DNA of 64,000 nucleotides from Candidatus Nanosyncoccaceae bacterium (GTDB lineage Bacteria; Patescibacteriota; Saccharimonadia; Saccharimonadales; Saccharimonadaceae): positions 124,385-188,384 of the forward strand of contig JAZSOA010000012.1 of NCBI GenBank assembly GCA_045536655.1, in the 5' to 3' direction. Made by a program: the position numbers and the translations under genes. The notes under the pieces were generated by a model. It did not search any database. It was given only the letters and a program-made list of their open reading frames with translations, and was not told the DNA's origin. Below, piece after piece: positions 36,954 to 46,111 of the stretch (the stretch's first letter is position 1; every line of letters begins with the position of its first letter).

Positions 36954-37358
36954 TTATACCAAAGTCAAACCCGCACGCGTCACGACTCCATAGCGCCCAG
37001 TTATCTCGATTGGGTTTTCGAGTGGTTCAAAGTTTAGCATCTTTGTATCCTTCATCTGCGACTCACGATTTGCCGAAAGGGTAATATGCGGCACTTCGAC
37101 CGCATCGCAAAGCTTTTGTAGCTTCGGGTTAGAAGCCTCAAGCTCAACCTTTAAGCCCTCGTTTTTGCTATTATTACCATAGCCTACAATGCGAACTGTA
37201 ACAGTTTCGCCAAGCAACTCTTCATGCGCTGATTCAATACCGCCGCGAAAAGACAAAGTAACGTGTAAATGACTCGGACGAACCGAAAGCTTCGGCGGAA
37301 AAAGAGAATAGATTTGATCATTATCCAAGAATATACCAGTATAAATCGGGATTAACAT
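36954..37358 (-). CDS. Small 2H-phosphoesterase superfamily protein (LigT/ThpR-like)
   Basis: Two H-x-T-x motifs (HLHVTLSF and PHITLSA) at the expected spacing. GGTATAAT lies 6 nt before the ATG. Confidence 0.6.
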   Translation of the reverse strand: MLIPIYTGIFLDNDQIYSLFPPKLSVRPSHLHVTLSFRGGIESAHEELLGETVTVRIVGYGNNSKNEGLKVELEASNPKLQKLCDAVEVPHITLSANRESQMKDTKMLNFEPLENPIEITGRYGVVTRAGLTLV

Positions 37359-37431
37359 AGTTATATTATACCGCTTAACAGAGTAAAATAACCATAATTA
37401 TTTGTATTTTGACGATTTTATTACAAAACTA

Positions 37432-37460
37432 TTGACTTATTATACCTATTATGCCATAAT
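37432..37460 (+). promoter_or_regulatory. Promoter with extended -10
   Basis: TTGACT-17 nt-CATAAT preceded by TGc. Confidence 0.6.
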
Positions 37461-37568
37461 GAAACACAGTCTTGAGGGAGGACCATCCCCAAGCTAGAAC
37501 ATTAGTAACCGATCAGTTTTTCGGGGACTAAAATCCGACACGTGCACCTATAAGGAGGAAAATGCACT

Positions 37569-38141
37569 ATGAAAAAGATCGATCTTACATCCGCAGCGTT
37601 CAGCGCACAGTTCGCGAACGCACCGCTCTATGTCAAGACGGCAGTTGTCTCTGCTGTGCAGCTCACGGAAGAAGGCCTGCAGTCTGGCGCTTACAGCGCT
37701 CTTGACGTCCGCTATGACGAAAAGGAGAAGGCCTACGTGGTCGACACCTACGTCATGGAGGAAACCGAGGAAGGCCGCAAGGCCAAACTCGAAAACACCC
37801 GCCCGGTTGAGCCCGGCATGTGGGTTGTCACAAACCCCGTGCAGCAGGAAGGCGACGTCCTGAACAACTTCGCGATGGACGACGCGACCTTCAAGAAGCG
37901 TTACGAGCCGGAAGGCGACGGGCGCTATCGCGCAAAGGGGCGCGGATGGATCATCCCGAACGACACCGGCGAAGAGGTTGAGATCACCCCGCCCTGGGGC
38001 GGTACTCAGACCGGCGCAGCGGACTGCTACTTTGTCTGCGCGCAGGACCCGGCAAAGCCGGAGGAGCGTGGCAACAACCGCTACATCCTCAGCCAGAACG
38101 ACTTCGCAGCCTACGGGCTCGCTTCGGAAGTTCTCGGTTAA
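37569..38141 (+). CDS. GC-rich hypothetical protein (190 aa)
   Basis: AAGGAGG SD, own promoter, ~100-nt leader and a strong terminator. The antisense 208-aa ORF is judged a GC-rich shadow. Confidence 0.6.
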   Translation: MKKIDLTSAAFSAQFANAPLYVKTAVVSAVQLTEEGLQSGAYSALDVRYDEKEKAYVVDTYVMEETEEGRKAKLENTRPVEPGMWVVTNPVQQEGDVLNNFAMDDATFKKRYEPEGDGRYRAKGRGWIIPNDTGEEVEITPPWGGTQTGAADCYFVCAQDPAKPEERGNNRYILSQNDFAAYGLASEVLG

Positions 38142-38166
38142 ACGGCGACTGATCCTTACGCAACTT

Positions 38167-38193
38167 GGGGGCAACTACGGTTGCCCCCTTTTT
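38167..38193 (+). terminator. Intrinsic terminator
   Basis: gggggcaac-tacg-gttgccccc followed by ttttt. Confidence 0.75.
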
Positions 38194-38248
38194 CTTATCC
38201 AAAAATCCGCCATTCTCGATATAATAAACACATACAAGCGAGGCGAAA

Positions 38249-38890
38249 ATGAATCGGATTAAACCAGAAATTATTGAATACATCGAAACAGAAATCCTAC
38301 CACAATATAACGGCATTGGCGGACACACCGATGAACACATCCGACAAGTCATCGAGCGCAGCCTAAACTTTCATAAGCAGGCACCAGAACTAAACATCGA
38401 CATGGTTTACATTATTGCTGCCTACCATGATTTGGGCCGCCTTATCGACAACAAAACCCATCATCTTGAATCGGCTAAACTCCTACGTAAAGACAAATTC
38501 ATTAAGGACCACTTCACGGATGAAGAAATCGAAACAATGGCCGAAGCCATTGAGGACCACCGTGCCTCGCTCGGCAGAGAACCGCGCAGTGCCTATGGTA
38601 AACTCGTTTCTTCCGCAGATCGCAATACCGATATTGAAGACATGCTTAGTCGCCCCTACGATTATCAAAAACATCTTAATCCTGAGATGAGCGAAGACGA
38701 GCTAATCGAAACCGCCCGCACGCATCTGCGTAAGAAATATTCACCGGACGGATATGCCGCTAAAACTATGTATTTCGACAACCCGGATTTCAAGGCAGTT
38801 CTGATCAAAATCGAAGAGATCACGCGCGACCCACAAGAATTCGCCAAAATCATGCGTGAGCACAACGCTAAGCGCAAAGCCGCAAAATAG
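38249..38890 (+). CDS. HD-domain phosphohydrolase
   Basis: H...AAYHDLGR...H..A metal-binding HD pattern. Confidence 0.75.
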   Translation: MNRIKPEIIEYIETEILPQYNGIGGHTDEHIRQVIERSLNFHKQAPELNIDMVYIIAAYHDLGRLIDNKTHHLESAKLLRKDKFIKDHFTDEEIETMAEAIEDHRASLGREPRSAYGKLVSSADRNTDIEDMLSRPYDYQKHLNPEMSEDELIETARTHLRKKYSPDGYAAKTMYFDNPDFKAVLIKIEEITRDPQEFAKIMREHNAKRKAAK

Positions 38891-38997
38891 CAAAGCCTGC
38901 AGGATATAAACAATACGCCGTCGCTCGCAAGCTCGCCGGGCATTGGACGAACCTGGCTCGAATCCTGCCACGCCTCCGGCGTGCAACGAAATAAAAT

Positions 38998-39018
38998 AAG
39001 ACCCTGCGGGTCTTTTTT
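38998..39018 (+). terminator. Intrinsic terminator
   Basis: aagaccc-tgc-gggtctt followed by tttt. Confidence 0.6.
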
Positions 39019-39028
39019 GATTTCATTG

Positions 39029-39103
39029 TGGCTGGGCCTGCAGGATTCGAACCTGCGAATGACGGGACCAAAACCCGTTGCCTTACCACTTGGCGAAGGC
39101 CCA
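39029..39103 (-). tRNA. tRNA-Gln (UUG)
   Basis: Reverse complement is TGGGCCTTCGCCAAGTGGTAAGGCAACGGGTTTTGGTCCCGT..GCAGGTTCGAATCCTGCAGGCCCAGCCA. Confidence 0.9.
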
Positions 39104-39249
39104 ACGATGTCTAGATTTTAGCATAAGATAGGGCAATCTTCAATGAAGCAAAGAAGGCAAAACCGTAAGAAGGGCCAGAAAAAAGAATAATCTGAAAATC
39201 ACAAGCATTACATAAACAAAATGCCATTAGCGTGATATAATAACAGGTA

Positions 39250-42200
39250 ATGCGAGTAGAAAGTTCGCCAGCAACACAGAGTCTGGGGCACAAATCATCA
39301 GTTGTGCGCAAGATTTTCATGCTCGTTCTTGGGGTGGCCCTTCTTACGTCATTCTTCGCTTCGATTGCCGCTTCGGCTACCGAAAACGTCTTCAAAATTA
39401 CCAACACTTCCTTCGTTGAAGCCTCACAAAATGTCGAGGAAGATTTTGAGGCTACCGACGAAGCCAGCATCTCTGACGCGCTCTTATTTCATAAGATTGG
39501 CGATTATGCTAAGTTTAGGATTACCTTCAAAAATTCCGATTCCATCAATCATGTCATCGAAAGCATCACCGACGACAACGAAAACGAATATGTTTCTCTC
39601 GAATACGCGGATTATGCAGGCACAACAGTTAACGCTGGCGATTCTTTTGACTTCCTCCTGACCATCAAATACAACGCTGCCGTCGACAATATCAATAATC
39701 GCGATCAGATCTCAAACTTCAAGCTATATATCAAATATGCCGAATCGGAAGAGCCTGATGAAATCGATGTCGACCCAAGCTCACCAGATACTTCCGACAA
39801 CTTCAAGATCGCCGTTACAGTACTAGTTATTTCTGCCACAGGTTTAATCGTCTGCCTCATTACTGCCAAGAGAATAGGGCGCAAGACCGTTAAGATTATC
39901 GCTATTATTGCAATCGTCGCCTCTGCATTTGTAATTTCTCACAATACTCAGGCTGCATCCGAAGGTACCGACGTCATTGTATTTAGTAGTGAGTTTAATC
40001 TCTATGACAAACTCGTTATCACGCTAAGCAATGATGGCGAAGAAAGCACTATAACCGTAGACTACAACAGCACCGTCAGTAGTATCGCCAAACCAGAAGC
40101 ACCAACCGGCTACGAATTCGACACCTGGAAGGATGAAAATGGCAACCCAATCTCCGACAGTGCAAAGCTCACTGAAGATACCAAGCTTTTTGCTGGTTAC
40201 AAAATTATTACCTATACTATCCGCTACGAAGGACTAGAGTCTGGCGAAGAGCAGGGCTTGCCAACTGAATACAATATCGAAACCAGCGTCACAATCGCGC
40301 CAATTACCACCCGCAAAGACGACGATGGCGACGACTCCGAAACCTTTACTGGCTGGAAAGACGAAAATGACGTAGTCTCTCAAACCGTCACAATTCCAAC
40401 CGGTCAAACCGGCGACAGAACTTTTGAAGCTACTTGGGAAGATGTCCCACTCACGACTTACACCGCAACCTGCAACCTCAACGGCGGCCAGGGCACGGAT
40501 TCATACACTTTCAACAAAAAGACCGAGACTTTTGCAATCCAAAACCCAACCAAAGATTTCTATGATTTCAAGGGCTGGTCGGGCACAGATTTGGTAGGCG
40601 AAGAAAACACAAACGTTCAGGTCGTAAAAGGAACCCGTAAAAATCTACAATTCGAAGCACATTACACGCCAACCAACTACACAATTTCATACATAGGCCT
40701 CAACGATTCAGAACTAACAGATAGACCAACCAGCTACAACTACGAAAGCACTATTCATCTCGAAAACCCTGCTGATAGGTTTGATTCTGATGGCGACAAA
40801 ACCCAGAGCTTTGATGGCTGGTCCAGCACTGACATTACTATTGCAGACAATAAGGATGTTACTTTCCAGAATGAACATGGCAATAAAACCTTCAAGGCCA
40901 ACTGGACAACCGTCGCACCAACCGAATACACCGTTACCTATAACTATAACAACAGCGAAGATCCAGGCAACGAAACCAAATTCACCAAATACGAATCCAT
41001 TAATGTCATCAATCCTACACGCGATTATTACATTTTTGCTGGCTGGACAGGCGAAGGTATTAGTATTACCGACCCAATGGACGTCACAATTCCTGTTGGT
41101 ACCCGAAATAACGTCACGCTCAATGCTACTTGGACTCCAGTAGAATACGATATCACCTACGCAAATCTAACCGAAACAGAATCCGCCAACTTCACGAAGA
41201 AATACACTGTCGAGTCCGACCCAATTTCGCTAACCAATCCAGCCGAACGTGTCACCGACGACGAGCACTTCGTAAACTGGACCAGCTCCGACGTTGATGT
41301 TTCAAACCCATCAAGCATCGTAGTTGCCGACAAGCACAAAGACATCACTATCACCGCCAACTGGGAAGCTAACACTCACAGCCTTAGCATCGATTTAAAT
41401 GGCGGCACGACCGAACCGAACAATCCAACCAGCTTCACTAAGAATACCGAAACCTTCACGCTCATTGAGCCAACCAAGAACGGCTACGAGTTCAAGGGTT
41501 GGTCCGGCACAGGCTTGGATGGCGACTCAAATAAGAATGTTCAAGTCGCAAAGGGCACAAAAGAGGACCTTAGCTTCGCAGCTAACTATACGGCCATAAA
41601 TTACAGCATTGAATACGAAGGCGTCACTGCAGAAGAGAAGGCCGCAAAAGAACTGCCAGAAAGCTACACTATCGAGACCGCCAAAACCATCGCAAAACTC
41701 GACGATCGTTTTGACAGCGATGGCGACAAAACACAAAGATTCGTCGGCTGGCAGACCGAAGGTCAATCTGATACTAGCGAAACCGTCTCTATTCCGCTTG
41801 GCACTACCGGCAACAAATCATACACCGCAATCTGGGAAAACGTCGACCTTCCAAGCTACAATATTGCCTATAATAGCCTCGAAGGCGCAACCGATCCAGG
41901 TAACAAGACTAGCTACAAGAAAACCGATCCAGACTACACCCTAACCAATCCAATCAAGACTGGCTACAATTTTGACGGCTGGACTTGTGAGCAGCTCGAA
42001 GTATCAACACCTACGACGAATTTTGTAATCCCTCAGGGCACTCGCGGAGCATTGGCTATCGAAGCACACTTCAGTCCAATTCACTACACCGTAGAGTTTA
42101 ATATTAACACCCAAGAAACCATCGGCGAGGGTGATGACGTTGAAATAAATAATCTCACCTGCACATATGACTCGGACTGCATAATCCCAAACAAGACACT

Positions 42201-44553
42201 CAATCTCGTCGGCTACACATTTAACGGATGGAATACGCAAGCCGACGGCAACGGCACGCCATACGCAAAGGGCGCAAACTTTACTAATATCACCACTACC
42301 GACGGCGACACTATTACACTCTATGCGCAGTGGACGCCAAAAGACGACATCCCATACACAATCCAATTCTATTTTGAAAATATCAATGACGATGATTTCA
42401 CGATAGATAATAGCAAGACTATCGACAATCTATCCGGCACAGCCAATACGACAGCCTCCGTCGATCCAGCAAATTATAGTTTCGACCACTTCACCTATAC
42501 TAGCGATCAATCGGTCACGGAATCAAACATCGATCGCCATGGCAACACTATCCTGAAGCTCTACTACACACGCAACACCTACAACATAACCTTTAATGCT
42601 AACGGCGGTACTATTTCTGGCACCGAAATCTTCGAAGGCATGAAGTACGGCGCAACTATCAGCAAAGACGACTTCCCAACCGCAACCCAATCCGGCTCAG
42701 ATTTCGCCGGCTGGTTCACCGAAGCTGATGGCGGTCAGAAAATCACAGATGACATTACCGTAGAAGGCACTGATACGATCTATGCACACTGGACTCCTTC
42801 AGAAGTAACGCTCTGTAAAAAAGCAACAGAATTACATGTCGAAACATGCCGCAATAACGCGGGTGGCTGCAAAGACACAGGCTATACTGTGATGAATTAC
42901 AGCACCGATCCGCCAACAGTCGCAAAAATGGGAGCAAAAGGCACATCAGATATCGTATATGGCAACATCTCTGACGGCGATTCAGCCCAGAAGGGCGACG
43001 CTTTTGATTGCGACGTGAATGGCGACGGAGATTACGATTCGAACACCGAAAGATTCTATTACATCAGAAGCACTGAAGATAAAGCTATTCTTATCTACTC
43101 AAATAACTTCCAAAACGGAGCTCCAGGCTATACGGAAAATTACAACTACGTTCCAGCAATAGCGCAGCTACCTACAACCCAACAGTGGACGGCACTAACC
43201 GACGTAGCAACCACATACGATAATAATCGAATTGCAAGATTCCTAAATATAGAAGATTTATCGTCCGCCTGCAGCATAACGTCATTGTCTGACAATCGCG
43301 CATTCCCTGAAACTTGCAGCTTCATGCTCGAAAATACTTCATATTTCGCGCCAAGCGACGCCATAGCTAAGAGCGGTATCTGGACCGATGTAACAAACGG
43401 CGATGACTCGAAAGCATTCAGAATTCATTCCAGTACGCTTAAATTTACTTATATGGGCAAGAATGGCAGCAAAAATGTCGCGCGTCCGATAATCGAAATC
43501 CCAATCGATCAGCTCGATAACTCAGATGTCGAGGTGGTTACCATCTCGTTCAATACCCAGGGCGGCAACACGCTCCAACCCTTCGATATGGGCAAAGGCA
43601 ACCCTCTTAGATTCAGGGAGCAAGACTACACCCCAACTCGCGCGGGCTACACGTTCAAAGGCTGGTGCCTAGACAGTGAATGCGAGACGGAGCCAAACTA
43701 CTCAACAATCATCAATAGCGATACAACTCTATATGCTAAGTGGGAAGAAATGAATACCATTGCAGCAATCGGCAGTACCGGTTACCCATCTCTCGCTGCT
43801 GCCATTGCGGCTGTCCCAACAACAGAAGAGGCAACAGAAGTCGTCCTTCTTAAGAGCACTAGCGAAAGCACAATAACTACATCCGCCGGACAAAACATTA
43901 TACTTAACCTACAAGACGAGACCTTTACCGCAAGTAACAAAAATGCATTGCAGTTGAGTGATGGCAGTAAGCTAAAACTAGTCTCCGGTACAATTAAATC
44001 TAGCCAAAACGATGGCGCCATCAATGTCAACCAGGGCTCAGAATTCGAAATGACTGGCGGCACAATCAATGTATCAAAAAAGCAAGCCATCTACGTCAAT
44101 GGCGGTACGGCAACAATATATGGCGGCAATATTATCTCGACATCCGCTCAAAGAGCCGCCATACATAACGCATGTAGTTCCAGTAACACTCCAGCCTGCA
44201 CAAATACTACTGGCGGCGTAATAAACATTCTCGGAGGAACAATTCAGAACTCCGAAGGTATTGCTATTAAGAACGAAAAAGGAACCTTAAATATCGGCAC
44301 ACACGACGGTTACGTCGAAACTAGCACGCCACATATTATTGGTAAAACTATTGGCGTCGTAGCTGGAAGCAGCTTTAGATTCTATGACGGCACAATTGAA
44401 GGCGAAACTTGGCCGGTAGGAACCAATGACACTACCGCGGACACAAATTATACCAAGATTGCAGGGATCGAAACCGACTCTGAATTAATCAAAGACCATG
44501 ATTCGACGCCAAAGAAAATTTACCTCGCACCAACCACCGGAACAGGCCAATAA
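39250..44553 (+). CDS. Giant surface protein (1767 aa) with about 12 InlB-B/'Listeria-Bacteroides' repeats, a Cys-containing central domain and a C-terminal beta-helix-like region
   Basis: Recurrent Y.F.GW...G motifs (YEFDTWKDENG, YDFKGWSG, YTFNGWNTQADGNGTPY...LYAQW, etc.). TGaTATAAT lies 8 nt before the ATG. Signal peptide present. Confidence 0.85.
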   Translation: MRVESSPATQSLGHKSSVVRKIFMLVLGVALLTSFFASIAASATENVFKITNTSFVEASQNVEEDFEATDEASISDALLFHKIGDYAKFRITFKNSDSINHVIESITDDNENEYVSLEYADYAGTTVNAGDSFDFLLTIKYNAAVDNINNRDQISNFKLYIKYAESEEPDEIDVDPSSPDTSDNFKIAVTVLVISATGLIVCLITAKRIGRKTVKIIAIIAIVASAFVISHNTQAASEGTDVIVFSSEFNLYDKLVITLSNDGEESTITVDYNSTVSSIAKPEAPTGYEFDTWKDENGNPISDSAKLTEDTKLFAGYKIITYTIRYEGLESGEEQGLPTEYNIETSVTIAPITTRKDDDGDDSETFTGWKDENDVVSQTVTIPTGQTGDRTFEATWEDVPLTTYTATCNLNGGQGTDSYTFNKKTETFAIQNPTKDFYDFKGWSGTDLVGEENTNVQVVKGTRKNLQFEAHYTPTNYTISYIGLNDSELTDRPTSYNYESTIHLENPADRFDSDGDKTQSFDGWSSTDITIADNKDVTFQNEHGNKTFKANWTTVAPTEYTVTYNYNNSEDPGNETKFTKYESINVINPTRDYYIFAGWTGEGISITDPMDVTIPVGTRNNVTLNATWTPVEYDITYANLTETESANFTKKYTVESDPISLTNPAERVTDDEHFVNWTSSDVDVSNPSSIVVADKHKDITITANWEANTHSLSIDLNGGTTEPNNPTSFTKNTETFTLIEPTKNGYEFKGWSGTGLDGDSNKNVQVAKGTKEDLSFAANYTAINYSIEYEGVTAEEKAAKELPESYTIETAKTIAKLDDRFDSDGDKTQRFVGWQTEGQSDTSETVSIPLGTTGNKSYTAIWENVDLPSYNIAYNSLEGATDPGNKTSYKKTDPDYTLTNPIKTGYNFDGWTCEQLEVSTPTTNFVIPQGTRGALAIEAHFSPIHYTVEFNINTQETIGEGDDVEINNLTCTYDSDCIIPNKTLNLVGYTFNGWNTQADGNGTPYAKGANFTNITTTDGDTITLYAQWTPKDDIPYTIQFYFENINDDDFTIDNSKTIDNLSGTANTTASVDPANYSFDHFTYTSDQSVTESNIDRHGNTILKLYYTRNTYNITFNANGGTISGTEIFEGMKYGATISKDDFPTATQSGSDFAGWFTEADGGQKITDDITVEGTDTIYAHWTPSEVTLCKKATELHVETCRNNAGGCKDTGYTVMNYSTDPPTVAKMGAKGTSDIVYGNISDGDSAQKGDAFDCDVNGDGDYDSNTERFYYIRSTEDKAILIYSNNFQNGAPGYTENYNYVPAIAQLPTTQQWTALTDVATTYDNNRIARFLNIEDLSSACSITSLSDNRAFPETCSFMLENTSYFAPSDAIAKSGIWTDVTNGDDSKAFRIHSSTLKFTYMGKNGSKNVARPIIEIPIDQLDNSDVEVVTISFNTQGGNTLQPFDMGKGNPLRFREQDYTPTRAGYTFKGWCLDSECETEPNYSTIINSDTTLYAKWEEMNTIAAIGSTGYPSLAAAIAAVPTTEEATEVVLLKSTSESTITTSAGQNIILNLQDETFTASNKNALQLSDGSKLKLVSGTIKSSQNDGAINVNQGSEFEMTGGTINVSKKQAIYVNGGTATIYGGNIISTSAQRAAIHNACSSSNTPACTNTTGGVINILGGTIQNSEGIAIKNEKGTLNIGTHDGYVETSTPHIIGKTIGVVAGSSFRFYDGTIEGETWPVGTNDTTADTNYTKIAGIETDSELIKDHDSTPKKIYLAPTTGTGQ

Positions 44554-44612
44554 AGATCTAGTTAATACTTTCCGTTCTGCCATAATCGAAGCCAATTAGC
44601 TCGAAATAAATA

Positions 44613-44637
44613 GCCCCGCTTCACAGCGGGGCATTTT
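44613..44637. terminator. Bidirectional terminator
   Basis: gccccgct-tcac-agcggggc followed by atttt. Confidence 0.7.
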
Positions 44638-44644
44638 GGTGCCA

Positions 44645-45163
44645 TTATTTCGGCGCCTTTTTGAATTTAGAGAGGAGGCCTTTCTTTTCGGATTCGAGAT
44701 TCGCTTCAACGCCTTCCGGCAAAGCGGGGAACTTGAATTTGCCGTTTTTACAAGCGATCATGAACTTAATCTGCTCGCACATCAGCCGAGTCTCGTCGAA
44801 GCTGCGTCGCATCGCCTCACTGTTCTCCTCTTTGTAACTATCGTTCGCCTGGTCAAAGTAACTCGCACGTTCCTCGAACGTCGCAATCCGCTCATCCATC
44901 TCAGTCTGCAGTTCCTTCACGGTTTTCTTAGAGTACTCGACAAAGTCGAAGATATACTCGCAACCTTTCAGGAATTCCACAGCCTGCTCATCGTCAAACT
45001 CGTAGTCGAACTTCAAAGCGTCCTGTGGACCATGGATAAAGTGGATTGAGTGATGTTCGATGAATGGCACATATATAGCAGCCGGAATCGCATAGAATTC
45101 CTGCTCCATGAACGCCATTATGAACTTTTGCAGATAGACCTTGCTGCCAACGACAATTTTCAT
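44645..45163 (-). CDS. Hypothetical cytoplasmic protein (172 aa)
   Basis: GGAGGG SD plus ATG. No recognisable motif. Confidence 0.55.
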   Translation of the reverse strand: MKIVVGSKVYLQKFIMAFMEQEFYAIPAAIYVPFIEHHSIHFIHGPQDALKFDYEFDDEQAVEFLKGCEYIFDFVEYSKKTVKELQTEMDERIATFEERASYFDQANDSYKEENSEAMRRSFDETRLMCEQIKFMIACKNGKFKFPALPEGVEANLESEKKGLLSKFKKAPK

Positions 45164-45283
45164 AAAATCCCTCCTAATAAAAAACTTCGCGCTCTAAGGC
45201 GCAACGTATATATTATACCACAAAACAGCTTTTTCTTCAAGCTATAAGCATAAGCGGCATAAATCTGGTAAAATATACCTTGT

Positions 45284-46111
45284 ATGACAGAAAACTTACT
45301 TACAGTCCGTGGCCTGCACAAAACTTATGGTAAACGCGATTCCAAATTCGAAGCACTCCGCGGCATTAATCTATCTATCGACAGAGGCGAATCTGTCGCA
45401 ATTATCGGTAAATCCGGTTCAGGCAAATCAACTTTAATGCATCTTATTGCATTACTTGATCGTCCAACCAAGGGCGAGATTACCCTTGACGGCACCAAAA
45501 CTTCCAAACTCAAACAACGCCAGCTCAACCAGCTCCGCAATAAAGAGTTCGGCTTCGTTTTTCAGCAATTCTTTATGAATGCCAACGATACCGTTCTTAA
45601 CAACGTCATGCTTCCGCTCAAAATCGCGGGCGTTGGCAGCAAAGAGCGCAAACGCCGTGCCATGCACGCCCTTACAATTGTCGGCCTAGATTCTAAAGCC
45701 AAGAACAAAGCCAATGATCTTTCGGGTGGCCAGAAGCAACGCGTCTGTATCGCTCGCGCCATCGTCAATGACCCAGCCGTTATCTTTGCTGATGAGCCAA
45801 CTGGTAACCTCGACTCAAGCACTGGTGCTAAAATTGAAGAAATCCTCTTTAAGCTCAACCGTGAGAAAAACATCACGCTCATTATTGTTACACATGACGA
45901 AGAACTGGCAGAGAAGTGCGATCGTCAAATCCGAATTACGGACGGCCGTATCGCCTCCGACGAAGACTTCGCCGAAGAACGCGAACTAGCCGAAATGGAA
46001 GCAGAAGAAAGACAAATTCGCTACAAAAACCATCTTTCAGGCGACACTAACGCCGATGGTATCCGCAACGACGCTAAAGTTGCGCATGTCGAAATTAAGG
46101 AGGAAGACTAA
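45284..46111 (+). CDS. MacB/LolD-type ABC transporter ATP-binding protein
   Basis: GKSGSGKST, LSGGQKQRVCIARA, IFADEPTGNLD. Confidence 0.9.
   Translation: MTENLLTVRGLHKTYGKRDSKFEALRGINLSIDRGESVAIIGKSGSGKSTLMHLIALLDRPTKGEITLDGTKTSKLKQRQLNQLRNKEFGFVFQQFFMNANDTVLNNVMLPLKIAGVGSKERKRRAMHALTIVGLDSKAKNKANDLSGGQKQRVCIARAIVNDPAVIFADEPTGNLDSSTGAKIEEILFKLNREKNITLIIVTHDEELAEKCDRQIRITDGRIASDEDFAEERELAEMEAEERQIRYKNHLSGDTNADGIRNDAKVAHVEIKEED

Noticed and set aside
37548-38174. 208-aa minus-strand ORF antisense to the 190-aa GC-rich gene
   Set aside because: It has no SD or promoter on that strand. Its composition (R/A/L/C-rich) is typical of a GC-rich shadow frame. The terminator and promoter geometry fits the plus strand.
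38885-38895. An 11-nt match (gcctgcaggat) to the tRNA-Gln T-arm region, and a GGCTCGAATCC-like word at 38963-38973, as att-site remnants
   Set aside because: They are too short and imperfect to distinguish from chance. Unlike the tRNA-Ala locus, there are no exact repeats of 18 nt or more.
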